Shown here: one piece after another, positions 50,406 to 63,334 of the stretch
Position numbering within the stretch: the first letter of the stretch is position 1
How the letters are laid out: every line of letters begins with the position of its first letter
Assembly: GCF_006345805.1 (NCBI RefSeq)
Contig: NC_043005.1
Span: forward strand, 58,156,001 to 58,220,000
DNA from: Octopus sinensis
Taxonomy: Eukaryota
DNA length: 64,000 nt
Direction of reading: 5' to 3'
Translations under genes and position numbers: made by a program
Notes under the pieces: model-generated
Database searches by the model: none
Told to the model about the DNA's origin: nothing
What the model saw: only the letters and a program-made list of their open reading frames with translations

Positions 50406-51292
50406 GTCTGATCAATGAGTATCCGGACTGTTGCCATAGTAACGTAGCTAAAGTATGGAGAATGAAGCTGCTTGGCACAGATTGATCTTGAACTTTGCTG
50501 TACATGTGCACTAAGTTTTAACATTCTAGCTCACTTCCAATGTGTACAGCTGTGCTTGGAAGGAAGGTGTGTAGCGTCTGGTTGTTACATTGACCATGAC
50601 AGAGAAAGTTGAGCAGAGAATATGCATCAAAATTTGCAAAAAGCTTGGCACTACCTGCTCAGAGGCCTACATAAAATTTTCAAAGAGTTTTCATCATTCT
50701 CGGCACAATGAAGCAGATCTTGTGCAACGTAAACCTGAGTGTCTTTTTGGTCAGCTGAAAGGCGTTTTGGCACAAACTTGGCAGACACGCGTCTCATACC
50801 AAATCTTTAGTGATGATGGGCTGAACAGTACCGTAACTAATCTGCACATCCTCTGATAACTTGTTGATGGTGATGTGACAATCTCCCCACACGGCTGCAT
50901 GCACATCTGTGATGTTTTTCTCACTTCTGCTTGTTGTGGGCCTCTCAGAACGTTTGTCAATATCAACATTTTTTCGGCCATCCTGGAAACGTCTGAACCA
51001 CTCATACACCTGTGTGCAGCACATACACTCCTCTCCATACACTTTCTGCAATTTCGTGTAGGCCTCTGAGTGGTTATTGCCATGACAACACTCTCTATCA
51101 TGATCAATGTGATGATCAAACACTACACACCTTCCTTGCAAACACTGTTGTAAACAGTGGAAGTGAGTTAGAATGTCAAAATTTGGTGTGCATGCACTGC
51201 GAAGTTCACGGTCAATCTGTGCCAAGCAGCTTCACTTTGCATGCTTTAGCTTCATTACTATAGCAACAGTCCGGATACTTATTGATCAGACC
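50406..51292. mobile_element. Mariner derivative made of two inverted left ends
   Basis: ggtctgatcaat(g/a)agtatccggactgttgc at both ends. + arm MTEKVEQRICIK; - arm SEAYTKLQKVYGEE...QVYEWFRRFQDGR...RSERPTTS...VSAKFVPK. Confidence 0.85.
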
Positions 51293-51316
51293 TTCTGCAT
51301 ATATTGCATATATATA

Positions 51317-51743
51317 TCTTTATATATAAAAGTGAAGTTGTGTGTCTGTCTCCTACGATTTAGATTCTTAACTACTCCCACATTTTGCAGTGCAGTCTTA
51401 TAGTCGTGATTCATATCGAGCCCTTCTGGGTATTAGCGTGCGTCTACGATGAGTCTACAATTAAAAAAAAAATTTACCATCATTTTTTTCCATTTTAATG
51501 CATTTTTTCGCTATTATATAAGGGAAGTAACTCTCTAAAAATGTCTACGATGAGTCAACGATTTAAAAATAAAATTTACCATCATTTTTTTTCCATTTTT
51601 TATACATTCTTTTGCTATTATGTATGTATGCATATGTTTTATTTATTAAATTGTTATTATATATATATACTAGCAGTATCGCTCGGTGTTGCTCGGGTTT
51701 GTAAGGGAAATAACTATATAAGCATTTTTAGAGAGTTATAGCC
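51317..51743. mobile_element. Rearranged Helitron (5' part +, 3' end inverted)
   Basis: TCtttatatataaaagtga start as at 59960, an internal ~101-bp duplication, and the reverse-complement 3' end at 51670-51743. Confidence 0.7.
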
Positions 51744-52038
51744 AAAAAATAGTATACAAATATACTTATGTGTATTTGTATGTGTGTATATATATATATA
51801 TCCTTCGAAACGTTTAGTAGATGAAACCTTAGCGACTGAAGAAGGGGATTTTTCGTTGTGCTTATTGTCCTGTATCTCTTTTTTTTGCTTGTCTTGTTCC
51901 TTGGTTTGTGTCTGTTTTTCGTCTCTCTATGTGTTCGACGTCTTTTTGGTGTCCTGTACACATATATGCGTGTATATGTACATGTAGAGGTAGGTACGTA
52001 CATATATGTTTATATATATGCATATGTTCTATTTTATT

Positions 52039-52077
<39 letters not shown>

Positions 52078-52672
52078 TATATATATGTGCGTGTGTTTGT
52101 GTATGTAGGTGTATGTATGTATATGTATATATATATATATATATGTGTATGTATGTATATATATGTGTGTGTATGTGTATGTATTTATATATATGTGCGT
52201 ATGTATGTATAGATATGCATATTCGCATGTGTATGTATGTGTGTTTGTATGTATATTTATTTTATATGTTTTTTCATGTATATTTATCTATTTATTCCCT
52301 CCACCTAACAATAACAAACTGCCTACCTCTTCTTGACCACCAAAAAGCAATTGTCTTCTAATTTACCTAAAATCCCATCCCATATATCTGTTTCTATTCA
52401 TTTATTCTATTTATTCATTTATTTATTTTCTCACTGATTCTTCTCATTTCAAAAAACACTCTGGCCTTTTGACCACTCCCCTAAGAACAATAGCTTGTGC
52501 CCTGTTTATCTCCTAAATACCAACCTACCCAAAAAACGTCCCCCACCCCCACTCCATTAAATCTGCCTAAATGCATAAATACCAGAACTTATTTTGAAAG
52601 CCAGCTTCCTGAAGATTTCATCTGAATGAAACAGTTCTAGTCCTGTAGAAGCTCCTTCTATAAAATAAATAA

Positions 52673-52707
<35 letters not shown>

Positions 52708-52759
52708 ATATATATATATCTACTTACATACACACATATATACATAGTTTTCCATGATT

Positions 52760-53075
52760 CTTTTCTCTCTTGGGTAGCTGGAAGGATTTATCTGGGAGTC
52801 TACTGTTGTGTACATCTACTGTGTACATGACTCAAACCAACGTAAATCTCTATCAATGAGGATTTCCATCACAGGAGGCAGGCCAGCATGCCATAGGATC
52901 TCTTGATTTCTGATCTTGTCAAGGAGAGTGATATATTCATAATTTGTTGCAGCTGTTTTGTCAGTTTCAACTCCATACAGCAAGGAAGAAAGCTCTTTAA
53001 CCTGGTATACCTTACATTTGATACATGCAGAAACATGCCTATTTTTCCGTAAGCTCTCCTGGAGCCTGTCAATGA
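52760..53075 (-). mobile_element. Degenerate RTE C-terminal fragment
   Basis: KCKVYQVKELSSLLYGVET...DKIRNQEILWHAGLPPVMEILIDRDLRWF. Confidence 0.75.
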
Positions 53076-53093
53076 AGCACTGGCTCTGCTCAT

Positions 53094-53137
<44 letters not shown>

Positions 53138-53314
53138 ATATATATATATATATGTATGTATGCATATATATAGAAAATGTTACACGTTACATGGGTATAT
53201 ATATATATATATATGGTTAATTCAGACATGAAAACACAAAGAGAAAACAAAACACGAGGATGTGGAACAAGTATAGTGTTATTGGATGCTCAGGAAAGGA
53301 AAGAAAGAAGGAGG

Positions 53315-53349
53315 ATTTAACATTTCGAGCGGAGCTCTTCGTCAGAAAC
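53315..53349 (-). ncRNA. Hammerhead motif HH-A with intact CUGACGA/GAAA core
   Basis: GUUU-CUGACGA-A-GAGC-UCC-GCUC-GAAA-UGU-U-AAAU; the helix III palindrome is disrupted by C>U. Confidence 0.6.
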
Positions 53350-53423
53350 ATAGGAAAAGGAAAAATCCAAAGAAGGGAAGATGGAGGAAAAAAATTCGCC
53401 AACGATACACACATGGTCACATT

Positions 53424-53468
<45 letters not shown>

Positions 53469-54429
53469 ATTTGTAAGGTTTTCTCTGCAAAATTGGGTAT
53501 TTAACAGTATAGCGAGTGAAATGTGGTTGTTATCATCCCTATTTTCCTTGGATTATATACATATATATACATATATGTAAAAGTAAAAAAATATACAAAC
53601 TGGGACAAGAACGTGAAACATTTAGAAGACGACACAAAAAACACGGACGGGACATTTGAAGCCCTCAATCATCAGTCAAGAACCGGATCATCTTCGCAAT
53701 TTCGGTTGATTAATATAGCAGATATACCCAGCACTCTGGTGTGACCAATGGAGACTATGGATATTATCCAACGAGAGGAGCTGGTAATTCAGTTGATATC
53801 AAACAGAAGAATCCTCATTGTCAAATGAGTGAGAACAACCTTCCATCCACTATCTCTTTCTAGCTTTCCTTTTCTCTTTCCCTTTCATTCTTTTACTCAT
53901 TCACTTTCCCTCCCTCCTTTCTCCCCCTTTCTTCTCTTGCTTGCCTTCTCCTGTTATCTTACTTCCTCTTTCCTATTTACATTGATTTAGTTTCACTTTC
54001 ATTATGTTTGTTCTATTCCATCCTTTCCTTTTCTCTCCATCTCTCTCTTTCCCCCTTACCCACCACATTTTAAATCTTCTCTTTTTCTATTTCTTTATGT
54101 ATAATGGAGAAAAAAAACTCCAAAAAAAAAAAAGAAAAAGGCATCTTGCGATATTTGGTTACTTTCTGTTTTCTGTCTCAGTTGAAATATCCCATGGGGG
54201 TCATATTTTTGCCTTTCTCCAGAGGTCGATATAATAATATAGCAACCAAATAGTAAGTTCAATATTATCGGCTCAGACCAATGACTGAAATCACGGTGGA
54301 ATAGCTTACTACTTGCTAGAGAAGAAAAATACCCTAAAGCAATAACACTGAATCAAATTTTATCGCAGTAAGTCAGTGTACTTAAAACATGTTATCTCAT
54401 AAAAGATAGAAGTCTACTTTCCTTTATCT

Positions 54430-54567
54430 CACACACATACATATTTATTTATACATATATATATATATATATACACACACACATACATACATATATATAT
54501 ATTATATATATATATATATATTATATATATATATATATGTATGTGTATATATATATATATTATATAT

Positions 54568-54652
<85 letters not shown>

Positions 54653-54745
54653 CATATATATACACACATATATATATACATACATATATATATATATCTA
54701 TATATGTGTGTGTGTATATATATAACTGATGTATATATATACATC
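54430..54745. repeat. Long compound (TA)n/(CA)n/(TG)n microsatellite
   Basis: Directly visible; similar tracts at ~52030-52260, ~49275-49375 and ~60730-60885. Confidence 0.95.
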
Positions 54746-54761
54746 ATCATCATCATCATAG

Positions 54762-55150
54762 GCAAAGGAGTGGCTGTGTGGTAAGTAGCTTGCTTACGAA
54801 CCACATGGTTCTGGGTTCAGTCCCACTGTGTGGCACCTTGGCCAAGTGCCTTCTACTATAGCCTCGGGCCGATCAAAGCCTTGTGAGTGGATTTGGTAGA
54901 CGGAAACTGAAAGAAGCCCGTTGTATATATGTATATATATATGTATGTTTGTGTGTCTCTGTTTGTCCCCCCCAACATCGCTTGACAGCTGATGCTGGTG
55001 TGTTTATGTCCTCGTAACTTAGCAGTTCAGCAAAAGAGACTGATAGAATAAGTACTAGGCTTACAAAGAATAAGTGCTGGGGTCAATTTGCTCGACTAAA
55101 GGTGTGCTCGAGCATGGCCGCAGTCAAATGACTGAAACAAGTAAAAGAGT
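54762..55150 (+). mobile_element. SINE family A, full length
   Basis: Head, centre and tail intact. Confidence 0.85.
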
Positions 55151-55184
55151 ATATATGTGTGTGTATATATTTGCATGTGTGTGT

Positions 55185-55585
55185 CATCATCATCATCATC
55201 ATCATTTAGCGTCCGTTTTCCATGCTAGCATGGGTTGGACGGTTTAACTGGGGTCTGTGAAGCCGGAAGGCTTCATCAGGCCCAGTCAGATTTGGCAGTG
55301 TTTCTACAGCTGGATGCCCTTCCTAACGTCAACCACTCCTCGAGTGTAGTGGGTGTTTTTTACGTGCCACCTGCACAGGTGCCAGACAGAGCTAGCACAA
55401 CGGCCACGGACGGATGGTGCTTTTACGTGTCACTGGCACGGGGCCAGCCGAGGCTGGCAACGAACACGAGCGGATGGTGCTTTTACGTGCCACTGACACG
55501 GGGCCAGACAGAGCTGGCAAACGGCCACGAAACGGACGGTGCTTTTACGTGTCACCAGCACGGGGGCCAGCCGAGGCTGGCAATG
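55185..55585 (-). mobile_element. RTE-tail element with three sub-repeats
   Basis: (cat)n tail, and ggatggtgcttttacgtg..actggcacggggcca repeats. Confidence 0.8.
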
Positions 55586-55687
55586 AACGTGTGTGTATAT
55601 ATATATATAAATGATGTTAAATGATGATGATATATATATATATACATACATATATGTGTATATGGGTGTGTGTATACGTATATATAC

Positions 55688-56878
55688 AACTAAATGGATT
55701 ACAGGCAAAAGTAAGAAAGAAATATGAATGTGCGATCTTTATTCAGTGTTGTCCCTATATCCTAAATTTAGTTCTTTCACAATCATGCTCTGCTATGAAA
55801 GAATGCAAGATATTTTTTTCTACGATAAATGGACTTGGTACATTTTTTACGAAATCACCGAAAAGGGCTAATGCATTAGATAACATTGTTAAAAAAAGAT
55901 TTTCAAAAGCAACAGCAACTAGATGGAATTACTCCTCACGTCTTATTATTATTACCACAAAGGAAAATTATAATTTCATAATCAGCCTTTTTGAACACAT
56001 CATTGAAAATCCTGAAGCATGGGATGATACCACCATAAATTCAGCAATTGGATTCTTACACACATTAAAAGCTCCTGATTTCTTATTTTTGTTAGAAGTA
56101 TTCAGTGACATTTTTTCTTTTACCGACGTCTTATTTAACATACTCCAGAGTAAAAGTCATGACATAGTGTATTGTAAAGAGCAAATAGATAAAACTAGAA
56201 CTGTACCCGAAAACAAACTTGATAATTTTTCAATCTTTTATGATAGGTTAGGGGAAAAATATGGAGTCGATGCAGGAATCGGAATTCAGAGATCCAAGAA
56301 TATATCTATTGAGCCCCAACAACATTATAAAATGCTTTATAACAAAATTATCAGTACAATAGTTGACCAAATAAAAGCACGATATTCATCCTTAGAAGAG
56401 TTTAAATTCATGGAACTTTTGAATTTCAACAAAGTTGATGAGTATTGCAAACAATTTCCTGTGGACTCTTTAGATTCTTTAAGAACAACTTATGGCAGAT
56501 TTTTTTATGTAATACGATTACAAAGTGAGCTCAATGTGATGTATTCAATGAAAGATTTTAAAAAACCAAGTGTAAGTCTTTTAATGAGTTACATTAACAG
56601 CACTGATCTTGTTGAAGCTATGCCAGAACTCTTCAATCTGTGCAAGTTGATTTTGACAATTCCGTCTACCACTGCTTCTGTAGAGCGATCCTTTTCTGCA
56701 TTAAGTAGAATTAAAACATACCAAAGAAATGCGACAGGAGAAAGAAGACTGTCTGGGTTAGCACTAATGTCAATTGAAAAAGATTTATTACAAGAATTGA
56801 TGAAAAGAAAAGATTTCTATGAAAATTGATGGATATATTTGCCCAGAAAGATCAAAGAATTGAATTAATTTATAAATG
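55688..56878 (+). pseudogene. hAT transposase fragment
   Basis: NGLQAKV..., TRWNYS, LCKLILTIPSTTASVERSFSALSRIKTY (hATC dimerisation motif). CxxH is decayed (QCCPY), and a frameshift near 56825 shifts the C-terminus to LMDIFAQKDQRIELIYK*. Confidence 0.9.
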
Positions 56879-57855
56879 AGTTAAATAACATTTTAAAACA
56901 TTAAAAAAATTAATATATTAAAGAGTATATGTTACAGGTTTTTTTCTTTGCGTTTGTTATAACGTAAGGTTCGACCTTCTTACATCAGTATTGTTTCGCA
57001 GGAGAAATGTTTCGATTTCTTCGTCAAACCTAACCTACATAGATTTCCCTTTCTGTGCTGCTGGCTGTAGTCTATTTACGGCCGTAAATAAGTGTCTTGT
57101 TTCACTTTCAATAAGTGTCTTGTTTCAATCTCAGAGATGTTGACTTCTGCCACAACAGTTTTGGGAGGCTTTTTACAATGTTGAATTTTCGCTGTCTTTC
57201 ATTGTGTGTGTATTCATGTATATGCGTGTATTTTCAATGTGTGTGCGTGAGACGTAGTCTTTTAATGTACGGAGTTCAGTAAGTCTCAGAACAGTCAATA
57301 ATTTTCCCGGAATTGACAAGTAGCATGATAAAGAACCTCACTTGTCTTCGAGAGCGTAACGATCTAAAACCATGGCCATATAATGTAACTAAATGTGTTC
57401 TTTTAATTAAATCATTTCATTCGGCTCAACCAATAGGTATAGGGGCTAATGCAGAATCGCACCTCTTTGAAAAACGAATTTTTGTGAAAAATTTTTTTCG
57501 GATTCCTACCTTTAACAGAGATTCTGAATATGCAAAAATATTGACAGAATCCAATTTCATCTTTATTACATTTCACTTATGATTTTTAGACTTTTCTAAG
57601 GGAGAATGAGGATGGGAAAGTACTGACGTTTCGAAGAGCAAAGAATAATACAAACAATACACTTATTTCAGGCTCATCTCTACTCAGCCATTTTTTATTC
57701 CCTCTTTATTCTAGGTCATACGGGAGTGATTGCATATTCAGAATCTCTTATATGTAGATCGTAAGAATACGAAAATGTCTTACTGAAAAATTACCGGTGG
57801 GGGTCGCAATGAAATTCATTGCATGCCCAACGCCGGAAGTCACAGCACGCCACTG
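55688..57855 (+). mobile_element. 5'-truncated hAT transposon (ZMYM1/THAP12-like, Tip100-type) with intact right TIR
   Basis: Transposase C-terminal half followed by a non-coding region ending acgccactg (reverse complement CAGTGGCGT). Confidence 0.8.
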
Positions 57856-58879
57856 ATATATATATATATATATTATATCATGCTAGAGTTAATGTAGTCA
57901 TTAAAGCACACAGAGAGACTAGACTATTGTCTCTATTTCTATTTTATATCATAATATATGTTTTTATATCATACGTTTATGGTATGTCCATAGTTTGGAA
58001 AATTACAGAAAAGCAAGTAATAGTTCTCATGTATATCTACAAAGAACTTATGATGCCTATTAATACAGCCAATCCTGCTTTTTGCATTGTGGATAATTGC
58101 ATAATTTGATAGATTGCATAAGTTTTGAAAACACTAAGCCATTTAGCATAAATTCTATGTAAAATTGGTCATCTACATTAAAGGAAAAGAGAAAAGAAAC
58201 AACAACTTAATTTTACTTAATCACAAATGATTTTCTTTTTCTGAGTTTGAGTAAAAAATAAATTGATAAAATACTGCGTATTATGGAATTTTTATTTGAT
58301 CTAAAAAAAAAAACCGATGAAGTCATTCTGCAAGTTTCCATTTTCAAAACTGATATCAAGCGAGTAAAATGTAATTAACATCTTCCTACCTTCTCAATCA
58401 ATTTAAAGACTATCAAAGAAAATTTTTTCAAGAAATAAATCTTCATAGTAGATACAATTTGTCAAAGAAAGATGATGGGTGGATATAAAGCTGTGAATAG
58501 ACAGCCAACTTTGTGTTAATTTCATTATCGTTTACATTAGGTAGTGATAAACCCAACTGAAAATCTTTTTAACTGACAAGATCCTAGTTGAGTAATTCTG
58601 AGTAATTCAAAGTGTGTGAAATTAAGTGTGGGGGTACATGAATCTGGGTATGCTTTGGTAATTGAGAAAAAAAATCTTCCACTGTCATTACACTTTTTAT
58701 TTAGAATTCATATCTTTGTGTCTTTAGCTTCATGTGCGTCTATCACTTTCTATCTCTGTCTCTCTCTCTCTCTGTTCCACTATTCCAGAAAGTAATGGAA
58801 TGATGTACCTATGTACACACGCACACACACTCATGCATACAAGCATACATCCATACAGACACACACACACATGTGTATG

Positions 58880-58915
<36 letters not shown>

Positions 58916-58934
58916 TACACACATATACACATAC

Positions 58935-59941
58935 ATAGGATTGGCAATGAGTATAGTGAAGAATTCCAGGTAGAAGTAGAACCTTGGGGTCCACCAAGAT
59001 TCAGCCCTCAGTCCCCTTTTATTCATCATAGTCCTCCAGGCAATAACAGAGGAATTCAAGACGGGTTGCCCCTGGGAGCTGCTCTATGCTGATGACCTGG
59101 CCCTCATAGCAGAATCACTACCGGAACTAGAAAAGAAATTTCGTGTGTGGAAGCTAGGTTTTGAATCAAAAGGCCTTAGAGTAAATGTAGCAAAGATCAA
59201 AGTTCTAGTAAGTAAGAAGGCGAACTCATCACACACCCACTCAGGTAGGTGGCCCTGCTTGATCTGTAGAAAAGGTGTAGGTAGAAACGCCATAAGATGT
59301 ACCCAGTGTAAGCTATGGATGCATAAGAGGTGCAGCAACATCAAAGGAAAACTAACTGAGCAGATAGCTTTCATGTGTGGCAGATGCACAGGGGCAATAG
59401 ACACCACAGATACTCAGAAAACAGATTCCATCACACTCCAGGGGGAAAACTAGAAGTAGTTGATAGTTTCTGCTAACTAGGTGACCAAGTTAGTTGTGGA
59501 GGTGGATGCTCAGAGTGTCACTACTAGAATACGAATAACTTGGGCAAAGTTTAGAAAGCTTCTACCCCTACTGGTGACAAAGGGTCTCTCGCCCAGAGTG
59601 AAAGGTATATTGTACGACGCATGTGTTCGAACTGCCATGCTTCACAGTAGTGAAACATGGGCTGTGACTGCAAAGGACATGCGTAGGCTTGAAAGAAATG
59701 AAGCTAGCATGATCTGCTGGATGTGTAATATCAGTGTGCACACACGACAGAGTGTAAGTGCCCTGAGTGAAATGCTGGACATAAGAAGCATTGGATGTGG
59801 CAGGCAAGAGAGACGTCTGTGCAGGTGTGGTCATGTACTACAGATGGATGAGGAGAGATGTGTGAAGAAGTGCCACTCCCAAACAGTCGAAGGAATCAGG
59901 AGTAGAGCTAGACCCAGGAAGACATGGGATGAGGTGGTCAA
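58935..59941 (+). mobile_element. RTE LINE fragment, frameshifted, same family as 27.6 kb
   Basis: EEFQVEV, WELLYADD, WPCLICRKG...WMHKRC, MLHSSETW, RARPRKTWDEVVK. Confidence 0.9.
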
Positions 59942-59959
59942 ACATACACACAAAATACA

Positions 59960-60317
59960 TCTTTATATATAAAAGTGAGGTTGTGTGCTGTCTGCGGTGC
60001 AGTTTAACCAAAACCGGGTATCTTATAGTCGTGATTCATATCGAGCCCTTCTGGGTATTAGCACGCGTCTACGATGAGTGTACAATTTTAAAAACAATTT
60101 ACCATCAATTTTTCCCATTTTTAATGCATTTTTGGCAAATATAAGGGAAGTAACTCTGTAAAAATTTATTATTAAATCTCAGAACGTAAAAAGCTACAGT
60201 AACACCCCCCACTTTGTGGTTAGCCATATTGAGATGGCTATTATACTTTATATCTCTAAAAATGCTTATATAGTTATTTCCCTTACAAACCCGAGCAACG
60301 CCGGGCAATACTGCTAG
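59960..60317 (+). mobile_element. Complete non-autonomous Helitron
   Basis: A|TC...cccgagcaacgccggg hairpin...CTAG|T, with no TSD. Confidence 0.85.
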
Positions 60318-60738
60318 TATACTTATAAAAAAACATGTATGTCTGCATACATATATCAAAAAACATATATACAGTCTCTTACACACACATATATGCATCT
60401 AGGCAAATCGATGATGAACGACAAATTCAAATGCCAAAAACAACAGAAGTCCAAAGGATGTCCTCAGTAAATATTTTTTTGTTTTATGCTTGAAGATAGT
60501 TATAAAGGGAAATTTAAGAGTAAAAATATGATGTTTCAGGCATAGCTCTCCATCAAATATGCAGAAGATAGTCTGGAGAAAAGGAGAAAGAAAGGGAAGT
60601 GAAAAATAGGAATGGAGAAGCCAGAAAAATGCAAGTGTGTTGCTACATGATCAAAAAAAATAACTGACCAGAAGTTGTGTGTGTGTGTGTGTTTGTGTGC
60701 ATGCACGTGTATGTGTGTTTACAAGTGTGCATAGAGTA

Positions 60739-60809
<71 letters not shown>

Positions 60810-60848
60810 TACATACACAGACACATAAATACATACGTACACACACAT

Positions 60849-60880
<32 letters not shown>

Positions 60881-61779
60881 TATATTAGAGAAAAAAGCAA
60901 AAACCAAAGCAGAACGATCATCTCAAGTCGTTTAGAATAATTTAATTAGGGTAAGGTATGAAAGTTTTAGACAGGGAAAATTTACAGTTTACAAGGAATA
61001 AAGTAGAAGAATAAAAGAGTAAATGTAGTTAGAAGAATTCAGGTGGGAGATTAATGTTCACAAATCATCTTTTTCCAGAGGATGTGGATTTTGGTCATAC
61101 TTCCATGAAGCTACAGGTCCTTAGTTAAAATCCCAGATAAATTCTGGTGGTATTTTGGCAGTATTTTGAATGATGTATTTATATCGAAGAAATAGATAGT
61201 ATGTAAATATGTATATAGAGTAAGAATGTATGATAGATTAAAATGGGTTTTGTGAGTGGGTGTATATGGGAGAGAGAGAGGAGAAAGAAATAAAAATAAG
61301 ATAGGGATAAAAGGGTAAAATAAGAATAAAGATAAAAATATAAGTAAAAGTAATGATAGACATAAGTCAGTATTGCATCAGGGTGAGAGGTCAAATGTTA
61401 AAGTTTCAGTAAAGTTTGGGTGAGGGGCCAATCTAGGTAAGGTCACAAAGGACAATAAATTAGTGGTTACTACAGATATCTAAAAGTATATTTCAAGCTT
61501 AATAGCAATTAAATGATACGAGTTAAAGGATTAAGAATCAAAGTTAAAATTTAAATTAAATCTTTAAATTAAAAACTAAGAAAACTAAAACCTAAAAACT
61601 ACAAAAACTTAAAATCATTGAATTGAAACTAACTCGCTTCCAAGATCCTTTTGTTGACAGAAGTAGAGGAAGAGAAAATGGAAAAGAAAAAAAACGTACA
61701 TGTATTGTAACGACCATAGATGGATTTAAGCATGTGTTATGCATGTTGATTTTTTTGCATTTGGACCTACGGAAGAATT

Positions 61780-63080
61780 TAAAGGTGCAATAGAACCTGT
61801 GACATGTAGAGGAAGCTTTGTCTTGTTTATTCAGTAATTACGGTGAACTATGTGCTAATATTTGGAGGGCTTCTTTTAGGCATAGACCATTTTTGGATTG
61901 CTGGCTTTGGTATGGGACCCGGAAATCTATTATGGCCCAGGATGTCCTATATGGTACCTTTCTATTTATTAGATGGTGTATGTGATTAGCTAGGGAGGTA
62001 GATTTGCTAAGCTCCTCATATTTAAATGTGATTATATGTGCAGAATATCTCTGTTTAAAGTTAATAGTAGACCCAATATAGTAGTTAGTAGAATTATGCA
62101 ATTTGTTGTGTACCATGCATTTGTATACTACATTTAACCTTCTGCAGTGGGCTTGCAAGGGATTTTTGGTCATAGATCAGCAGTTGCAGCTATCTGACCT
62201 ACATGGGTTATTAGTGGAAGATGCAGTACTATTTATGGAGAAATTAAAATTACAGGTGGTATTAGGGGATTGGATCATATTATTAATATTATTACTATTA
62301 TTGTTATTAGTAGTAGTAATGGTATTATTATTATTATCAATAATAATATTAGTAGTAGTAGTGGTGGTCATATTAGTTATTAACATTAGTATTAGTGGTG
62401 GTGCTATTAGTATCAACATTCATCTCAGCTGCACTTCAATCTTTGTTGTAAGTGGGGATGTTTGTATTTTGGTTAATTCTGGTTGTAGTGCTTGGGTTGC
62501 AGGTGTGGTGTGTGCCATCAATATCAGTATTAGTGTTTGTGTGGCTTTGACCTATGCTATGATTATATGTATTCAGGTAGGAGGAATTAAGTTTACACTT
62601 ATTGGAAGAGATAACAATAGATTCTATATTGGGTGGAGCAGAGTAGGATAATTTTAGGGTAGATCTAATGAAGAGTGAATGATATTTATGGTGACGTGGG
62701 AAGTTAGAGTCTAATATTTGAAAGAAGGTTTTGGCTAAGCCTTTAACGTTTAATGTATCAAGAAAATTGTTCGAAAACAATTATTCGAAAAACTATTATT
62801 CGAAACATTATTTGTGTACTTGATTTTTAATTTTATCATTTTTGTTTAAATAAAATAAAAAAATTTAGAATTATTAACATTTCGTTTAATTGCCCTTTTG
62901 AATAATTTTCATTCATACAATTTTCCATTCGAATAGATGTTTTTTAAATAGCTGTTTTCGAATGATTGTCTTGAACAATCATTTTTGAACAATGTTCATA
63001 TAATCACATTTAAAGCAAATGGGGGTGTAAACCAGGGAATTGATCTACCCATGCTTTTGTTGGGTAATATAGGGGAAGTA
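61780..63080 (-). mobile_element. Penelope-like element remnant (linker plus GIY-YIG endonuclease)
   Basis: RSIPWFTPPFALNV / KTFFQILDSNFPRHHKYHSLFIRSTLKLSYS / NVVYKC...YYIGSTINFKQRYSAH...STSLANHIH...LCLKEAL. Confidence 0.85.
62760..63000. mobile_element. MITE-like insertion with ttcgaa-rich inverted sub-terminal repeats
   Basis: attgttcgaaaacaattattcgaaaa at the left, against the reverse complement attgttcaagacaatcattcgaaaa at the right. It splits the PLE linker. Confidence 0.5.
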
Positions 63081-63204
63081 TAATCTATAGTGTTTGTTAG
63101 AGGAGAGTTGCATACACACATATATATATATATTTGTGCGTGTGTGTATGTATATATATATATATATAAATTGATCAAAATAAAAACATGATGCGAAGGA
63201 TTCA

Positions 63205-63282
63205 GCGGTACATATGTTTCGGGCCTTTATTAGACAGATTTATAACAATGCATAATGTATGTCTGTGGCCTTCTTCAGCCGC
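63205..63282 (-). ncRNA. Type-I hammerhead ribozyme (family HH-C)
   Basis: GCGG-CUGAAGA-A-GGCC-[41 nt incl. ACAGA/UCUGU]-GGCC-C-GAAA-CAUAUGU-A-CCGC: intact core, perfect stem I, palindromic ACAUAUGU, GUA triplet. Confidence 0.8.
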
Positions 63283-63334
63283 GCACAACAGCTTCCACAA
63301 GGACATGTGTTACATCAAAAATTCTTACATATAT

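Noticed and set aside
51821-51875. Hammerhead-like pieces (GAAACGTTT; CTGAAGAAGGGG)
   Set aside because: The core halves are not in the correct order and spacing, and no stem II/GAAA follows CUGAAGA.
51784-54804. Many 60-100 aa ORFs rich in Y/I/C/V/H/T
   Set aside because: They are translations of (TA)n, (TG)n and (CA)n microsatellites. The same applies to similar ORFs across the window.
55621-55687. N-terminus of the 402-aa ORF
   Set aside because: It is microsatellite read-through. The transposase homology starts near 55688 and the gene is truncated, so it is not a domesticated intact gene.
57610-57690. Hammerhead on - (…gctcttcGAAACGUCagtac)
   Set aside because: The 3' half looks right, but no CUGANGA core or matching stem I lies upstream; at best a decayed copy.
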